64,000 bases of DNA from positions 27,406,001 to 27,470,000 of the forward strand of contig CM075987.1 in the NCBI GenBank assembly GCA_038087875.1, read 5' to 3'. Of this stretch, positions 1-12,985 are shown in pieces. The notes beneath the pieces were generated by a model. It saw nothing but the letters and a program-made list of their open reading frames with translations. It did not search any database and was not told where the DNA came from. The position numbers were made by a program, and so were the translations under genes. The stretch is from Malacoraja senta. Its lineage: Eukaryota. The number at the start of each line of letters is the position of its first letter. The first letter of the stretch is position 1.

Positions 1-597
1 ATTCAGCCCTTCGAGCCTGCACCGCCATTCAATATGATCATGGCTGATCATCCAACTCAGTATCCCGTACCTGCCTTCTCTCCATACCCCCTGATCCCTT
101 TAGCCACAAGGGCCACATCTAACTCCCTCTTAAATATAGCCAATGAACTGGCCTCAACTACCCTCTGTGGCAGAGAGTTCCAGAGATTCACCACTCTCTG
201 TGTGAAAACGTTTTTTCTCATCTCGGTCTTAAAGGATTTCCCCCTTATCCTTAAGCTGTGACCCCTTGTCCTGGACTTCCCCAACATCGGGAACAATCTT
301 CCTGCATCTAGCCTGTCCAACCCCATAAGAATTTTGTACGTTTCTATAAGATCCCCTCTCAATCTCCTAAATTCTAGCGAGTATAAGCCAAGTCTATCCA
401 GTCTTTCTTCATATGAAAGTCCTGACATCCCAGGAATCAGTCTGGTGAACCTTCTCTGCACTCCCTCTATGGCTATAATGTCCTTCCTCAGATTTGGAGA
501 CCAAAACTGTACGCAATACTCCAGGTGTGGTCTCACCAAGACCCTGTACAACCGCAGTAGAACCTCCCTGCTCCTATACTCAAATCCCTTTGCTATG
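1..597 (-). mobile_element. CR1-clade LINE (HER1-like), 5'-truncated: ORF2 C-terminus plus 3' UTR
   Basis: ORF 57..632(-) reads ...LYRVLVRPHLEYCVQFWSP...RGDLIETYKI...TRGHSL...QRVVNLWNSLP, the typical CR1 RT C-terminus; nearly identical to 16385-16990. Confidence 0.93.
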
Positions 598-1444
598 TAA
601 CATGCTGGTTTCCTCACACATCTCAAAAACAAGCTGGAAGAGGAATTGTCCCTTTAACATTCTTCTAGATATACATTGTTCAGTTCAGTTTAGTTTTATT
701 TGTCACACAGGGCCAACGGTACAATGAAATGTGTTTGACAAGACAACGGGTCAGCAATGATATTGCAAGGATAAAATTAAGATAAAATAAGATAAAAGTG
801 ACATTGGTAGGTAAAAGACAATAATAAATAAAATAATCAACATATATGAAGTGTTTATGTTCAGAAGCCTGATGGCATGATGATAAAAACTGTATATACA
901 TGTGCCAAAATATACATGTGGCAAAAGAATTAAAGTGTTGTTAATGGGGTTGTGAGGGAGAATAAGAAGCAGGGACATGTACTGAGTAGGAAGGAACTGC
1001 AGATGCTGGTCGCAACCCGAAACATCACCCATTCCTTCTCTCCACAGATGCCGCCTGACCCACTGAGTTACACCAGCACTTTGTGTCTATCTTCGGGACT
1101 TATGTTCTGTCGGGAGCTGACATTGACCAGGTGGGCTGAAAGGCCTCCTTCTCTTTAGTCTGCTACCTATCCTCATCTGCAGCTCCTTTGTGTGTATGTC
1201 CACACCCGGATCACAGTCCCCAGCTCACTTGTTGCTAGTGGAAGTCTCTACAACACACACACCAAAACTGACGTTTATTTCTCCTCTGTGAATTGTTTCA
1301 AAGAAATGAACATCCCATGCCAGCTGTATTTCCTTTTTTTTTAATGCACTTTAATTGTGCTTATAAATAATTTTCTTTCAGTTCCAGTATATTTCACTTT
1401 ACTGATCCCCATTGAATTTGCACCCAAAACACAAACATGTTTAC

Positions 1445-1727
1445 TTTAGTTTAGAGTCCACACCAACCAGTGATCACCCGTTCACAGTAGGTCTATGCTT
1501 TCCCAGTTTTGCATCCACTCCCTACACTCTTGGGGCTATTTACAGAAGCCAATTAACCTACAAACCCGCACGTCTTTGAAGTGTGGGAGGAAACCAGAGC
1601 ACCTGGAGAAAACTCACGTGGTTACAGGGAGAACATACAAACTTTGTACAGACAGCACCTGTAGTCGGGATCGAACCCAGGTCTCTGGCGCTGTGAGGCA
1701 GCAACTCTACCGCTGCACCACCTTGCC
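1445..1727 (-). mobile_element. HE1-like tRNA-derived V-SINE
   Basis: Reverse complement has a tRNA-like head (TGGTGCAGCGG A-box, GGTTCGATCCC B-box), V-domain and partial tail. Confidence 0.85.
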
Positions 1728-2420
1728 ACTACTGTGTTATCTTGTGATAGAATTGTAGGGAGATGCCGCAGGGAAATGGGCCCTTAGTCCCAACAATTCC
1801 CCATCAACCATATCACCTATTTTTAGAAAAATTACCTATTTAAACGCATCCTTCATTTCTGCTGCTGTCTTCCCTCCCATCCTGAATTAGGCACTAAAGA
1901 TATTTGAGCAACTTTGCAAAGTAACAGGTTATTTCCTTCTATGTGGCATAATTCCCCCCCAAAATCCCCTTAATTAGTTCATTGGCTTTACGTTAAACTA
2001 CACATAAGAAGTTATTTGATCTACATTTAGTTTAAGTAATTGAATTTAGATCAATTTGAGCAATGAATGACCTGCATCTTGTTCCACCTCACCAACTTGA
2101 TCATAGAGTGATACGACATGGAAACAGGCCCTTCGGCCCAACTTGCCCATGCTGACCATGATGCCCCATCTACACCAGTCCCACCTGCCAGCGTTTGGCC
2201 CATATCCTTCGTCAACGTTTCCTATCCATGTACAATAACCCTCAATGCCCTTACTTGAGAAAAATCTTCTAAACGCACTTTTGAATCTTGCACTTAAGCC
2301 TGAATCATGACAACTTTTGGGGGATTAATGTTTTCATTATTTATTGCGTGGAGACCAAGCTCCTTGCATCGTCAGTCCACCGCCCAGCTTTAACTTTGTT
2401 AAACCCATTTAGTTCAATTT

Positions 2421-2725
2421 AGTTTAGTTTAGAGATACAGTGCGGAACAGGCCCTTCGGCCCACTGAGTCCGTGCCAACCAGCGATCCCCGTACACTAGC
2501 ACTATCCTACACACACTAGGGACAATTTACAATTTTACCAAAATCAATTAACCTACAACCCTGCACGTCTTTGGAGTGTGGAAGGAAACCGGAGCTGCCG
2601 GGGGAAACCCACTTGGTCACGGGGAGAACGTACAAACTCCATACAGACAGTACCCGTAGTCAGGATGGAACCCGGGTCTCTGGCGCTGTGAGACAGCAAC
2701 TCTACCGCTGTGCCACCGTGCCGCC
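2421..2725 (-). mobile_element. HE1-like V-SINE, full length
   Basis: GGCGGCACGGTGGCACAGCGGTAGAG head, V-domain, CR1-type tail GGGCCGAAGGGCCTGTT and (CTAAA)n end. Confidence 0.9.
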
Positions 2726-3247
2726 CCTTTTGTTCTGGACTTTCCCACCAGACGTTAAAGTTTCTAATTCTCATCTCAAGCTCTTCCATCAAATCACTTC
2801 ATAATCTTCCACACGTGAGAGATACGAGCCGAACTTATGCAAGCTATTTCATTGAAGGAGCAAAGAAAATGATGACAGTCCATAAACCAATTCCTGGCAG
2901 TCTTGCTGTCTAAAAGGATCTGTAAATATTTAACCATCTCCACGTCTCTGATTCAATCTTCCTTTCCAGGGACTGTGAAATATCATGGTTAACATGTTCA
3001 CTTTTGTAGTTTAGAATTACAGTGTGGAAACAGGTCCTTCAGCCCACGGGGTCCACACCGACCAACGTCACCCATACACTAGATATAGTTTAGTTTAGAG
3101 GTTCAGGGTGGCAACAGGCCCTTTGGCCCACCCAATCCGTGCCAAATCCCCATACGCGATCCCCGTACACCAGTTCTATCCTACACACTAGGAGCAATAT
3201 AGAGAAGCCAAATTACCTACAAACCTGCACATCTTTGGAATGTGGGA

Positions 3248-3530
3248 AAAGGTGGAAAAGATTTAATAGGAATCTCAGGGTAACTTTTTCACACAATGGG
3301 TGGTGGGTGTATGGAACGAGCTGCCAGAGGAGGCAGAGACTATCCCAACATTTAAGAATCAGTTGAGGCTGGGACTATCCCAACATTTAAGAAGCAGTTA
3401 GACAGGTACATGGATAGGGCAGGTTTGGAGGGATATGGACCAAACGCGGGCAGGTGGGACATGTGCAGCTGGGATATGTGGGCAAGTTGGGCCGAAGGGC
3501 CTGTGTCCACACTATCACTCTGTGACTATG
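3248..3530 (+). mobile_element. CR1 LINE 3' fragment
   Basis: GTATGGAACGAGCTGCCAGAGGAG (VWNELPE), then 3' UTR ending GGGCCGAAGGGCCTGTG...CTCTGTGACTATG. Confidence 0.8.
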
Positions 3531-3864
3531 AAACCAACGTTTTTTCATCTCCCTCTCTCCCCTTCTCCACATCTGTGAACGCCAACAGAAAAGAATATCT
3601 GTGGACGTTACAGACAGGGGTGGGGAAGGATGGTGCTTTAACCAGTGGTCTGGAGTTTGTCCTTAAGAAAAAGCCCCACTTGTTAGAGGGTGACACGGAG
3701 CCGTTCTGACACGCAGCCCTGCCAGAGGTAAGCCTGACATTGTTCACACACTGCTAGGATGTCCCAGCAAATACTTAGCCATCCTGGGAATGGCATGGAT
3801 TTCATCCATGTTTGCTCTACCACATGAATGTGAAGAGCTGGGAGGAACACTCGGAATGTGCAGG

Positions 3865-4047
3865 GAGGATCTGCGGATGCTGTTTTACACTGAAGATAGA
3901 CACAAAATGCTGGAGTAATTCCAAGTCTCTCACTCCCCTGACTCTCAGTCTGAAGAAGGGTCTCGACCCGAAACGTCACCCGTTCCTTCTCTCCACAGAT
4001 GCTGCCTGTCCCGCTGAGTTACTCCAGCATTTTGTGTCTGTCTGCGG
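3865..4047. mobile_element. Penelope-like pLTR fold-back fragment
   Basis: Minus arm GATAGACACAAAATGCTGGAGTAA followed by a plus arm with hammerhead core and tail ...CCAGCATTTTGTGTCT. Confidence 0.8.
3950..3977 (+). ncRNA. Minimal hammerhead ribozyme core (PLE-type)
   Basis: CTGAAGA-A-GGGT-CTCG-ACCC-GAAA-CG-TC = CUGANGA, stem II, GAAA, palindromic ACGT stem III, GUC triplet. Stem I is only ~2 bp. Confidence 0.7.
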
Positions 4048-4434
4048 TGTTTTATTGTCACGAGGCCTGAAACAGAACCCGGACATTCTTACTCACAAGC
4101 AGCACGACGGACATGGAAACACAGAACTCTGTAATACCCACAGTTAAAATTAATAAACAGATTAGAAACAAACAATAATATTAAAGATAGCGGAGTCAGG
4201 GGATATGGGGAGAAGACAGGAACGGGGTACTGATTGTGGATGATCAGCCATGATCATATTGAATGGCGGTGTTGGCTCGAAGGGCCGAATGGCCTACTCC
4301 TGCACCTATTGTTTATTGTCTATTGTAATATTGCAAAATCAAAAATAATGCCCCACAGGTCTATGTGGTCCGGAGCCTATTTGGAGATTGTAGTGTTTAA
4401 TACATAACATTACTTATAATACATAAAGTGTCAA

Positions 4435-4822
4435 AGTGCTGGAGTAACTCAGCAGGACAGGCAGCATCTCCGGAGAGAAGGAATAGGACGACCCTTCTTC
4501 ATACTGAGAGTCAGGGGAGAGGGAGTCGTAGAGAAATGGAAGGGTAAGTTGTGAAAACAACAGATCAAAGGGGATGTGGATCAATGAAATGTAGAATGGT
4601 TGGTAGACACAAAATGCTGGAGTAACTCAGCAGGACAGGCAGCATCTCTGGAGAGAAGGAATGGGTGACGTTTCGGGTCGAGACTGAAAAAGGGGCTGTA
4701 TACAGACTCGACCCGAAACGTCGGCCATTCCTTCTCTCCACAGATGCTGCCTGTCACGTTGAGTTACTCCAACATTTGGTGTCTATCTTCAATTTAAACC
4801 AGCATCTGCAGTTCCTTCCGAC
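4435..4822. mobile_element. Penelope-like pLTR composite (two minus arms plus an inverted plus arm)
   Basis: Repeated GCTGGAGTAACTCAGCAGGACAGGCAGCATCTC, then inverted arm CTCGACCCGAAACGTC...CAGCATCTGCAGTTCCTTCC. Confidence 0.8.
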
Positions 4823-5130
4823 ACATTGCAATGTGGCGATGTGTCTGCAAGAAATGTCAACAAGTCTAATGGTCGGCTGCCAATGGAAGCTCAGCAGGGT
4901 CAGGGCATCAATGCTCTGCTCAAGGCCATACCAAGCTAGAAGGCAGCCCCAATATTGAGGCATGTCCAGGTCTTTTTCCAGCCAGCTGAATGAGCAATAA
5001 TGTTCCTGTAAAGAACCCTTTTCTGCCAAGTGTATTTCCTGTAACACAGATTTGTCTACACTCGATTCTTGGAGGCTTCCTGTGGATTACAACAAACTTT
5101 CAATGATCCTTAACCTCCTATCTGTGTAGT

Positions 5131-5546
5131 GTAGAGATTCAGCGCGGAAACAGGCCCTTCAGCCCAACGAGTCTGCGCCCACCCTCAATCACCCATACAC
5201 TGGTTCTATCCTACTCACGAGGGACAATTTACAGAAGCCAATTAACCTACAAAACAAGGGATATGAGGAGAAGGCAGGCACGGGTTATTAATTGGGGACG
5301 ATCAGCCATGATCACAATGAATGGCGGTGCTGGCTCGAAGGGCCGAATGGCCTCCTCCTGCACCTATTTTCTATGTTTCTAATTAACCTACAAACTTGTA
5401 TGTCTTTGGAGTGTGGGAGGAAACCGGAGCACCCGGAGAAAACCCACGCAGGTCACGGGGAGAACGTACAAACTCCGTACAGACAGCGCCCGTAGTTGGG
5501 ATTGAACCCGGGTCTCTGGCGCTGTGAGGCAGCAACTCTACCGCTG
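5131..5546 (-). mobile_element. HE1-like SINE interrupted by a CR1 3'-tail insertion (5254-5380)
   Basis: SINE halves are joined across the insertion, which is flanked by duplicated AATTAACCTACAAA (5240-5253 / 5381-5394). Confidence 0.85.
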
Positions 5547-6226
5547 AGCCATTGTTACTTTCAAGATGATCCAGAATGTTTCAAACCTGATGCAGTACCT
5601 TTAATAGTTAACGCACAGGGAAAGGCGCAAGGATCAGACTTGTTGGAACTATGCGGTGGTGGCAGAACCCAGCCTGTCAACATAAAACATCTTGGTGATA
5701 AATGAGAGAGAAATGGGAAATGCAAAGATTAGTTAAGGGCAGACAGTTCCCGATCTAACAACAGGATGTTGTAGTGTAAGGATGCCACAAGTGATGCCTG
5801 CGACTGACATTATCCTCACTCAGACAGCCGACTACAGCGGCCAGAATGACGTTCGATGATGCATTTCGGGAACCCTTCCATGGCCTGTGTTAACGTCAGC
5901 ACAGCGCTAACTCTTGCAGCCTTGTTGTGGAACTTATGAATGAAGAGTGTTGAGCGTGAGTGTCACTGGGCAGGGTCTTGGCCAGGTCTGCTTCACCCCT
6001 CCCCGTGTCTGACGTGATTCAGATACTTACCTTGGATCAGTAACGAAGCTCTTTGTATCCCTCGTGGAACTTGGACTTCTCGCTTCCCCTGCACTCATCT
6101 GCAAGCTCCTTCATATTGACAGAACGCTGAGCTCAGCCACTGCAGCCCAGACTCAGGAATGTCTGTCTGACTTCTGCGCCAAATGCCGGTCGGAACCAAA
6201 CACTTGGTCTTCAAGAGACCACATCG

Positions 6227-6478
6227 TTCAGTTTAGTTTATTGTCACGTGTACCGAGGTACAGTGAAAAGCTTTCGTTACCTGCTAACCAGTCAGCGGTA
6301 AGACAATGCATGATTACAATCGAGCCGTCCACAGTGTACAGATACGTAATAAAGGAATAACGTTTAGTGCAAGATAAAACCAGTAAAATCTGATCAAACA
6401 TAGCCTGAGGGCCACCAATGAGGTGGATAGTAGTTAAGGACTGCGTTCTCTTGGTGCCTGATAACAGCTAGGAAGAAT
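6227..6478 (-). mobile_element. Rex1/Babar LINE 3' UTR fragment
   Basis: Matches the 3' UTR that follows the Rex RT ORF at 61722-62420 (...TCACTGTACCTCGGTACACGTGACAATAAACTAAACTGAA). Confidence 0.8.
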
Positions 6479-6893
6479 CTATGAAAGATTTCAGAAGATT
6501 TGGTTTTTACACTAAGTTTCTAAGACATGACTCTGCATCCTTTCATTTATCCTCCTGTTATGTGGACAGTTGGTGAACTTGGTGTTCATTGGCCATTCCT
6601 AGTTGCCCTCGGGACAGAGGTAGACCAATGGTTTGTGCAGTGACGGTATGGGCAATCTCAATGCTTGACCGAGTGATGGCGAACAAGCAGAATTTCCTCC
6701 ACATAGGATAGGAGACGTTTCAGGTCGACACCTGTCATCACTTTACAGGGATATGGGCCAAATGCAGGCAAATGGGACTCGTTCAGGTAGACCATTGAGA
6801 GAGAGAAAGAAAGAAAAGAAAAAAAAAACTGAACAAAACTGAAAAAATGTAGGGGGGCGAGGGAGAGGTCAAAGTTACAATCAGAAGAATCCC

Positions 6894-7410
6894 GAAACGT
6901 CACCTATCCATGTTCTCCACAGATGCTGCTGCCTGACCCGCTGAGTTGCTCCAGCACTCTGTGAAACGTCACATATCCATGTTCTCCACAGATGCTGCCT
7001 GACCCGCTGAGTTACTCGAGCACTCTGTGAAACGTCACCTATCCATGTTCTCCACAGATGCTGCCTGACCCACTGAGTTACTCCAGCACTCTGTGAAACG
7101 TCACCTATCCATGTTCCGGCAGCATCTATGGAGCGAAGGAAATAGGCAACGTTTCGGCCCGAAACCCTTCCGGGTTTCGGCCCGAAATGTTGCCTATTTC
7201 CTTCAGGGTTTCGGCCCGAAAGGTTGCCCATTTCCTTCGCTCCACAGATGCTGCCTGACCCGCTGAGTTACTCCAGCACTCTGTGAAACGTCACCTATCC
7301 ATGTTCTCCACAGATGCTGCTGCCTGACCCGCTGAGTTACTCCAGCACTCTGTGAAACGTCACCTATCCATGTTCTCCACAGATGCTGCTGCCTGACCCG
7401 CTGAGTTACT
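6894..7410 (+). repeat. Tandem array of 66/69-bp PLE pLTR-derived units, interrupted by an inverted PLE insert
   Basis: GAAACGTCAC unit starts at 6894, 6963, 7029, 7095, 7285 and 7354; a different PLE subfamily sits at ~7118-7245. Confidence 0.9.
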
Positions 7411-7509
7411 CCTGGTTGTATCATTTTGTGTATTTACCATCAGTTCCTTGTTTCTACATCTCAGGTCAGTCAATGCCTTGAGTATGAGTATGCTGCGGGT
7501 AATTTTATA

Positions 7510-7695
7510 TTTATACCAAGCCAATTAATCTACAAACCTGCACGTCTTTGGAATGTGGGAGGAAACCAGAGCACCCGGTGAAAACCCACGCAGGTCACGG
7601 GGAGAACATACAAACTCCGTACAGACAGCACCCGTAGTCAGGATGGAACCCGGGTCTCTGGCGCTGGGAGGCAGTAACTCTACCGCTGCGCCACC
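7510..7695 (-). mobile_element. HE1-like SINE, 5' part
   Basis: tRNA-like head and V-domain on the minus strand. Confidence 0.8.
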
Positions 7696-8109
7696 TTGTA
7701 AGTCAGGATGGTCATGAGAAGCTCAACATCCTAACATTGAGCCTCTAGCAGTGGATTCATAATGCAAGTCTCCTCGTCTAAACAGAGCTGGAGTTTGTCA
7801 CGGATAAACACTGTCTCTGAGTTGCCGGCAGGCTGATGTAAATTAGAACCGCGCGCGTTGCCGTGAACAACTAGGGATAACATTTCGATGCTGATAATCC
7901 ACGCAATCTTTACACAAGAGGATGTGGGCAGAGAACTGTAGATGCTGCTTCACACCACAGAGAGACACTAAATGCTGGAGTAACTCAGTGGGTCAGGCAG
8001 CATCTCTGGAGAAAAGGAACAGGTGATGAGTTGGGTGGGGATCCTTCACAAGGGTCTGAGGAAGCACTAGTCCCTCCTTCCCTCTTCAACCTCCAGCCCT
8101 CCTAGAGTA

Positions 8110-8403
8110 GGGTGGCACGGTGGCAAAGCGGTAGAGTTGCTGAGACCCAGGTTCAATCCTAACTACGGGTGCTGTCTGTACGGAGTTTGTACGTTCTCCC
8201 CGTGACCTGCGTGGGTTTTCTCCGGGTGCTCCGGCTTCTCCCCACACTCCAAAGACGTGCAGGTTGGTAGGTTAATTGGCTTCAGTAAAGATTATAAATT
8301 GTCCCTTGTGTGTAGGATAATGTTAGTGTACGGGGGTCGCTGGTCGGCGTAGACTCGGTGGGCCGAAGGGCCCGTTTCCACACTATCTCTGAACTGAACT
8401 AAA
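8110..8403 (+). mobile_element. HE1-like V-SINE
   Basis: GGTGGCACGGTGGCAAAGCGGTAGAG...GTTCTCCCCGTGACCTGCGTGGGTTTTCTCCGGGTGCTCCGG...GGGCCGAAGGGCCCGTTTCC. Confidence 0.88.
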
Positions 8404-8422
8404 CCCTACACTCAGTATATGT

Positions 8423-9130
<708 letters not shown>

Positions 9131-9429
9131 GGAGCCAACCTTAAGTATGTGCAAGGTGGCTCCGCAAGGCCTCATATCGACAGAATGCTTTGACACCTTG
9201 TTTCCCTGAACCCTGTTGGTCCTGTTGCTCACATTGAGACAGCGGTGTGATGTTTGGAACTAAGAGATATAAACAATTTGAAGTTCTTTGAAGATAAACA
9301 ATAGAGTTCCAATGTGGTTCGAGCAAACTGAAATATCTGCCTCTTGATTGTTCAGCGGTTGTGAACTTGAGGATGGGTGTAAATTCTCGTTATGTTCCCG
9401 TGGCTGACACATATGTACGGCAAACACTT

Positions 9430-9443
9430 GTCACCATAGCGAC
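9430..9443. promoter_or_regulatory. Candidate RFX X-box
   Basis: GTCACCATAGCGAC resembles GTNRCC-N2-RGYAAC with one mismatch, in unique sequence; motif match only. Confidence 0.3.
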
Positions 9444-9843
9444 AGCAAGCTCGCCGGTGCTCAATATCAATGCGTACACCTCAGTGTTGGGTCTATAACT
9501 CAAAGTATATCCAGCCTGGTCTACTGCAGACTCCAGTGTAAACGGTCGCGGTGAGTTGCCAAGGGACGAGGAAGATTTCCACATCAATACGAGAGCAACA
9601 AAGAGCAGAGGAATGAAACAACAGGGCTGGCATTTGCTCTGCAAACCCACCTCACTTTATTCAGCGGTGTAGGCAGCTGGCAAACTCTGACTGATTGAAA
9701 CACTCGCTTGTGGAGGAGAGAAACGATGGCTACAATTTAACTGGAATGTTGAAGAAGCCAAATAATAAAGTGAAGACAGACACAAAGTGCTGGAGTAACT
9801 CAGCGGGACAGGCAGGCAGCATCTCCGGAGAGAAGGAATGGGT

Positions 9844-9871
9844 GACGTTTCGGGTCGAGACCCTTCTTCAG
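9844..9871 (-). ncRNA. Minimal hammerhead ribozyme core
   Basis: Reverse complement is CTGAAGAAGGGTCTCGACCCGAAACGTC, consensus intact. Confidence 0.68.
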
Positions 9872-9996
9872 ACTGGTTAGGGATAAGGGAATTGAGAGAG
9901 ATATAGACGGTGATGTGGAGAGATAATGAACAATGAATGAAAGATAAAGTTAAAGAAAGAACTGCAGATGCTGGAGAAATCGAAGGTAGACTGAAT

Positions 9997-10024
9997 CTGA
10001 AGAAGGGTCTCGACCCGAAACGTC
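9997..10024 (+). ncRNA. Minimal hammerhead ribozyme core
   Basis: CTGAAGAAGGGTCTCGACCCGAAACGTC, consensus intact. Confidence 0.68.
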
Positions 10025-10126
10025 ACCTATTCCTTCGCTCCATAGATGCTGCCTGTCCCGCTGAGTTTCTCCAGCATTTTTGTCTAGGAAAGACAAAGTT
10101 AAATAACTTGTGCACTAATTGCAGAG

Positions 10127-10199
10127 ATACATAGACAATAGGTGCAGGAGTAGGCCATTCGGCCCTTCAAGCCTGCACCGCCATTCAATATGATCATGG
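10127..10199 (-). mobile_element. Very short CR1 3'-tail insertion with 12-bp TSD
   Basis: CR1 tail (same family as 16342-16430) flanked by CTAATTGCAGAG at 10115-10126 and 10200-10211. Confidence 0.8.
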
Positions 10200-10900
10200 C
10201 TAATTGCAGAGGTGAATGTTCAAGGTCCTTGCTTGGAACTTCATTGCCATCGTAAAATGGATTTACTTTCACCCAATGATTACCTTTGCAGTATTTTATC
10301 AATTATTACTCTGGGTGCCACCATAAAGCTGCTGTCTGTCTGTCTCTCTCTGCATGGTTCTGGTTGATGGCGTGCACTAGTTAATCAGCAATCGTTCCCC
10401 TCCATGTTAATCCCAGTGGCGCCACCAACGTGATCATTGCAATCATTGCCTGATTCTCTCCTCATGCCAACATTCACACCTTGCCACACAACCCGGAGCA
10501 GGGCAGCTCGGAAACTTAGTGGTGTTGATGGGCCGAATGGCCTAACTCTGCTCCTATAACCTATGCATTTATGAACCCCACAATTGTATTCTTTCCACTT
10601 CCCATCTGCTCCCTCCAGGTTCTGCCACACAGGGGACAAACTACAGCAGCCACTTAACCTATTAAAATGATTCAGTTTAAGGTTTACACTTGGGTAGCAA
10701 GGGGCACAGTGTCCCTGTGGAAGCAAGTTAACTCCACGATGGCACTTTCAGCTTTGGCGCCAGTGACGGGGAAACAAAAGCTTCAAGATTGGCCGCTCAT
10801 TAAAATCTTACCCACACAGAGGGTGGAGGGTGTATGGAACGAGCTACCAGAGGAGGTAGTTGAGGCAGAGATGTACAAACTCCATACAACATTTGAAAGA

Positions 10901-11212
10901 CGGTGGCGCAGCTGTAGAGTTGCTGCCTCGCAGCGCCCAGACTGGCTCTGACCCAGAGACCCGGGTTCGATTCTGACCACTGGTGCTGTCTGTACGGAGT
11001 TTGTACGTTCTCCCTGTGACCGCATGGGTTTTCTCCGAGTACTCTGGTTTCCTGCAAAGACGTGCAGGTTTGTAGGTTAATTGGTTATGGTTTTTTTTAT
11101 TGTAAATTGTCCCTAGTGTGTGTAGGATAGTGTTAGTGTGTGGGGATCGCTGGTCAGCACAGACTCGCTGGGCTGAAGGGCCTGTTTCCACACTGTATCT
11201 CTAACGTCTAAA
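10901..11212 (+). mobile_element. HE1-like V-SINE nested in a CR1 fragment
   Basis: CGGTGGCGCAGCTGTAGAG head, GGTTCGATTC B-box, V-domain and tail; CR1 sequence on both sides (10810-10895, 11228-11310). Confidence 0.85.
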
Positions 11213-11554
11213 GTCAAGTAACAGCTAAAGACATTTGGGCCGGTGCAAGGATAGGAGCGGTTGAGAGGGATATGGGGGGAAAGCAGGGTGGTCTACATGG
11301 GGCATCTTGGTTCATGAGGTTGGTGTCCAGTGTAAACTTGTCCCTTGTGTATGTAGGATAGTGTTAGTGTGTGGGGATCGCTGGTCGGTGCGGACTCAGT
11401 GGGCCGAAGGGCCTGTTTCCGCTCTGTATCTCCAAACTAACCTATTTACTTACTTTTTCTCTGCAGAAGGAGGTTATTTGTTTCCACGCTGTATCTCGAT
11501 AAACTAAACTAGAACTAAGTGGTTGAGTGGTGCAAGATCATATAAAGCCTGGTG

Positions 11555-11745
11555 ACAATAGACAATAGACAATAGGTGCAGGAGTAGGCCATTCGGCCCT
11601 TCGAGCCAGCACCGCCATTCAATGTGATCATGGCTGATCATCCCCAATCAGTACCCCGTTCCTGCCTTCTCCCCATATCCCCTGACTCCGCTATTTTTAA
11701 GAGCCCTATCTAGCTCTCTCTTGAAAGCATCCAGAGAACCTGCCT
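11555..11745 (-). mobile_element. CR1 3' end
   Basis: Encodes ...AGSLDAFKRELDRALKNSGVRGYGEKAGTGY* and ends in (TATTGTC)n. Confidence 0.85.
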
Positions 11746-11809
11746 GAACCCACCCGTTAGAATGTGGAGGTTTCTGTGGAACCTTCATCAGACTTTGCTG
11801 GATCCTTAA

Positions 11810-11962
11810 TGGGACTTTGCTGGCTTTACCTTGCACTAAACGTTATTCCCTTTATCATGTATCTATACACTGCAATCATATATTGCCTCTCCGCTGACTG
11901 GTTAGCGCACAACAAAAGCTTTTCACTGTACCTCGGTACACGGGACAATAAACTCAACTGAA
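11810..11962 (+). mobile_element. Rex1/Babar 3' UTR fragment
   Basis: ...TTCACTGTACCTCGGTACACGGGACAATAAACTCAACTGAA tail. Confidence 0.75.
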
Positions 11963-12985
11963 TTACATCCCAGTTCCTGCACTGACCATTTGCAGCAAGA
12001 TATTCCTTGTTTCTCTTCTCTCTCACACTTCTGATTATGAAGCACAGGGGAATAAAGCAACCTTGCTCTTCTCCCGCTGATGCTGACGAGCGATGGTGCA
12101 GGAAGGAACTGCAGATGCTGGTGTACACCGAAGATAGACCCAGCGTGCTGGAGTAACTCAGCGGGACGGGCAGCATCCCCAGAGAGAAGGAGTGGGTAAT
12201 GTGACCCTTCAGCCTCACTTACCTGAGAACTAGAAGCAGGCTCTCGCCCATCCCTTCTCCCCAGAGCTGCTGCCTGACCCACTGAGTTACTCCAGCATTT
12301 TGGGTCTATCTAGGAGTTACCATGCCTCAACTCAGGAATCTTTACCAGAGGGAACATACTCGGATTGGATTTAAGTTTAGAATGTTAAAGCAAACCATGA
12401 GACACCCTCGTTGTATTGAGATTCTCGCCACTGGAGTCCTGCTGGCTTGATGTTGGTCTTGGGTATAATTAGCCACTTGCCCAGAACACCGTCCATGGCT
12501 AACTGCCCCTTCATCTGCTGGACTGACCTTTGAAGAAAATGATTTCACGGTATTAAACATTTAGCGGCTGGTTTGACACACGGACCGCTTTGTGATTACA
12601 TCAGTTATTTTGAGCGATTTATGCCGGATAATTGCATTCGTCATTTGGACTTGAGGGAAATAATATTTAGCTGGGACAATTTCCCAACCATCCTCAAAGG
12701 CAGATTGAAGCTTGAATAATGGATGTCTTTGTTACAGGGATCGGACTAATCCTTACTGTAATGTGGGCAGGACTGATCTGCGCTTTCATGTGATCGAACT
12801 CTAGGACAAATACCGTTTGACATTTTAATACTACAGTTCCCTTTGATAAACAAAGACTAATTGAATCCGCAAGGTTATATCAATCACATCGTAACTGTGC
12901 CTGTTTTAATTGGAAACTCTGCTGCGCTGAGTACAAAGGATTCAATGTAATATCAACATTCAATAGTGGACAATAGGATCTTTTG

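Larger units (their letters stand above)
9772..10086. mobile_element. Penelope-like pLTR fragments with two divergently oriented hammerhead cores
   Basis: Minus arm 9772-9950 and a short fold-back element at 9955-10086. Confidence 0.8.

Noticed and set aside
2650..2725. tRNA genes at SINE heads
   Set aside because: A/B boxes run directly into the V-domain and LINE-like tail in more than 20 diverged copies; these are SINEs, not tRNAs.
6894..7410. CRISPR-like array (also 56636-56953 and 52820-53127)
   Set aside because: Units are contiguous with no unique spacers, derive from retroelement ends, and the context is vertebrate with no cas genes.
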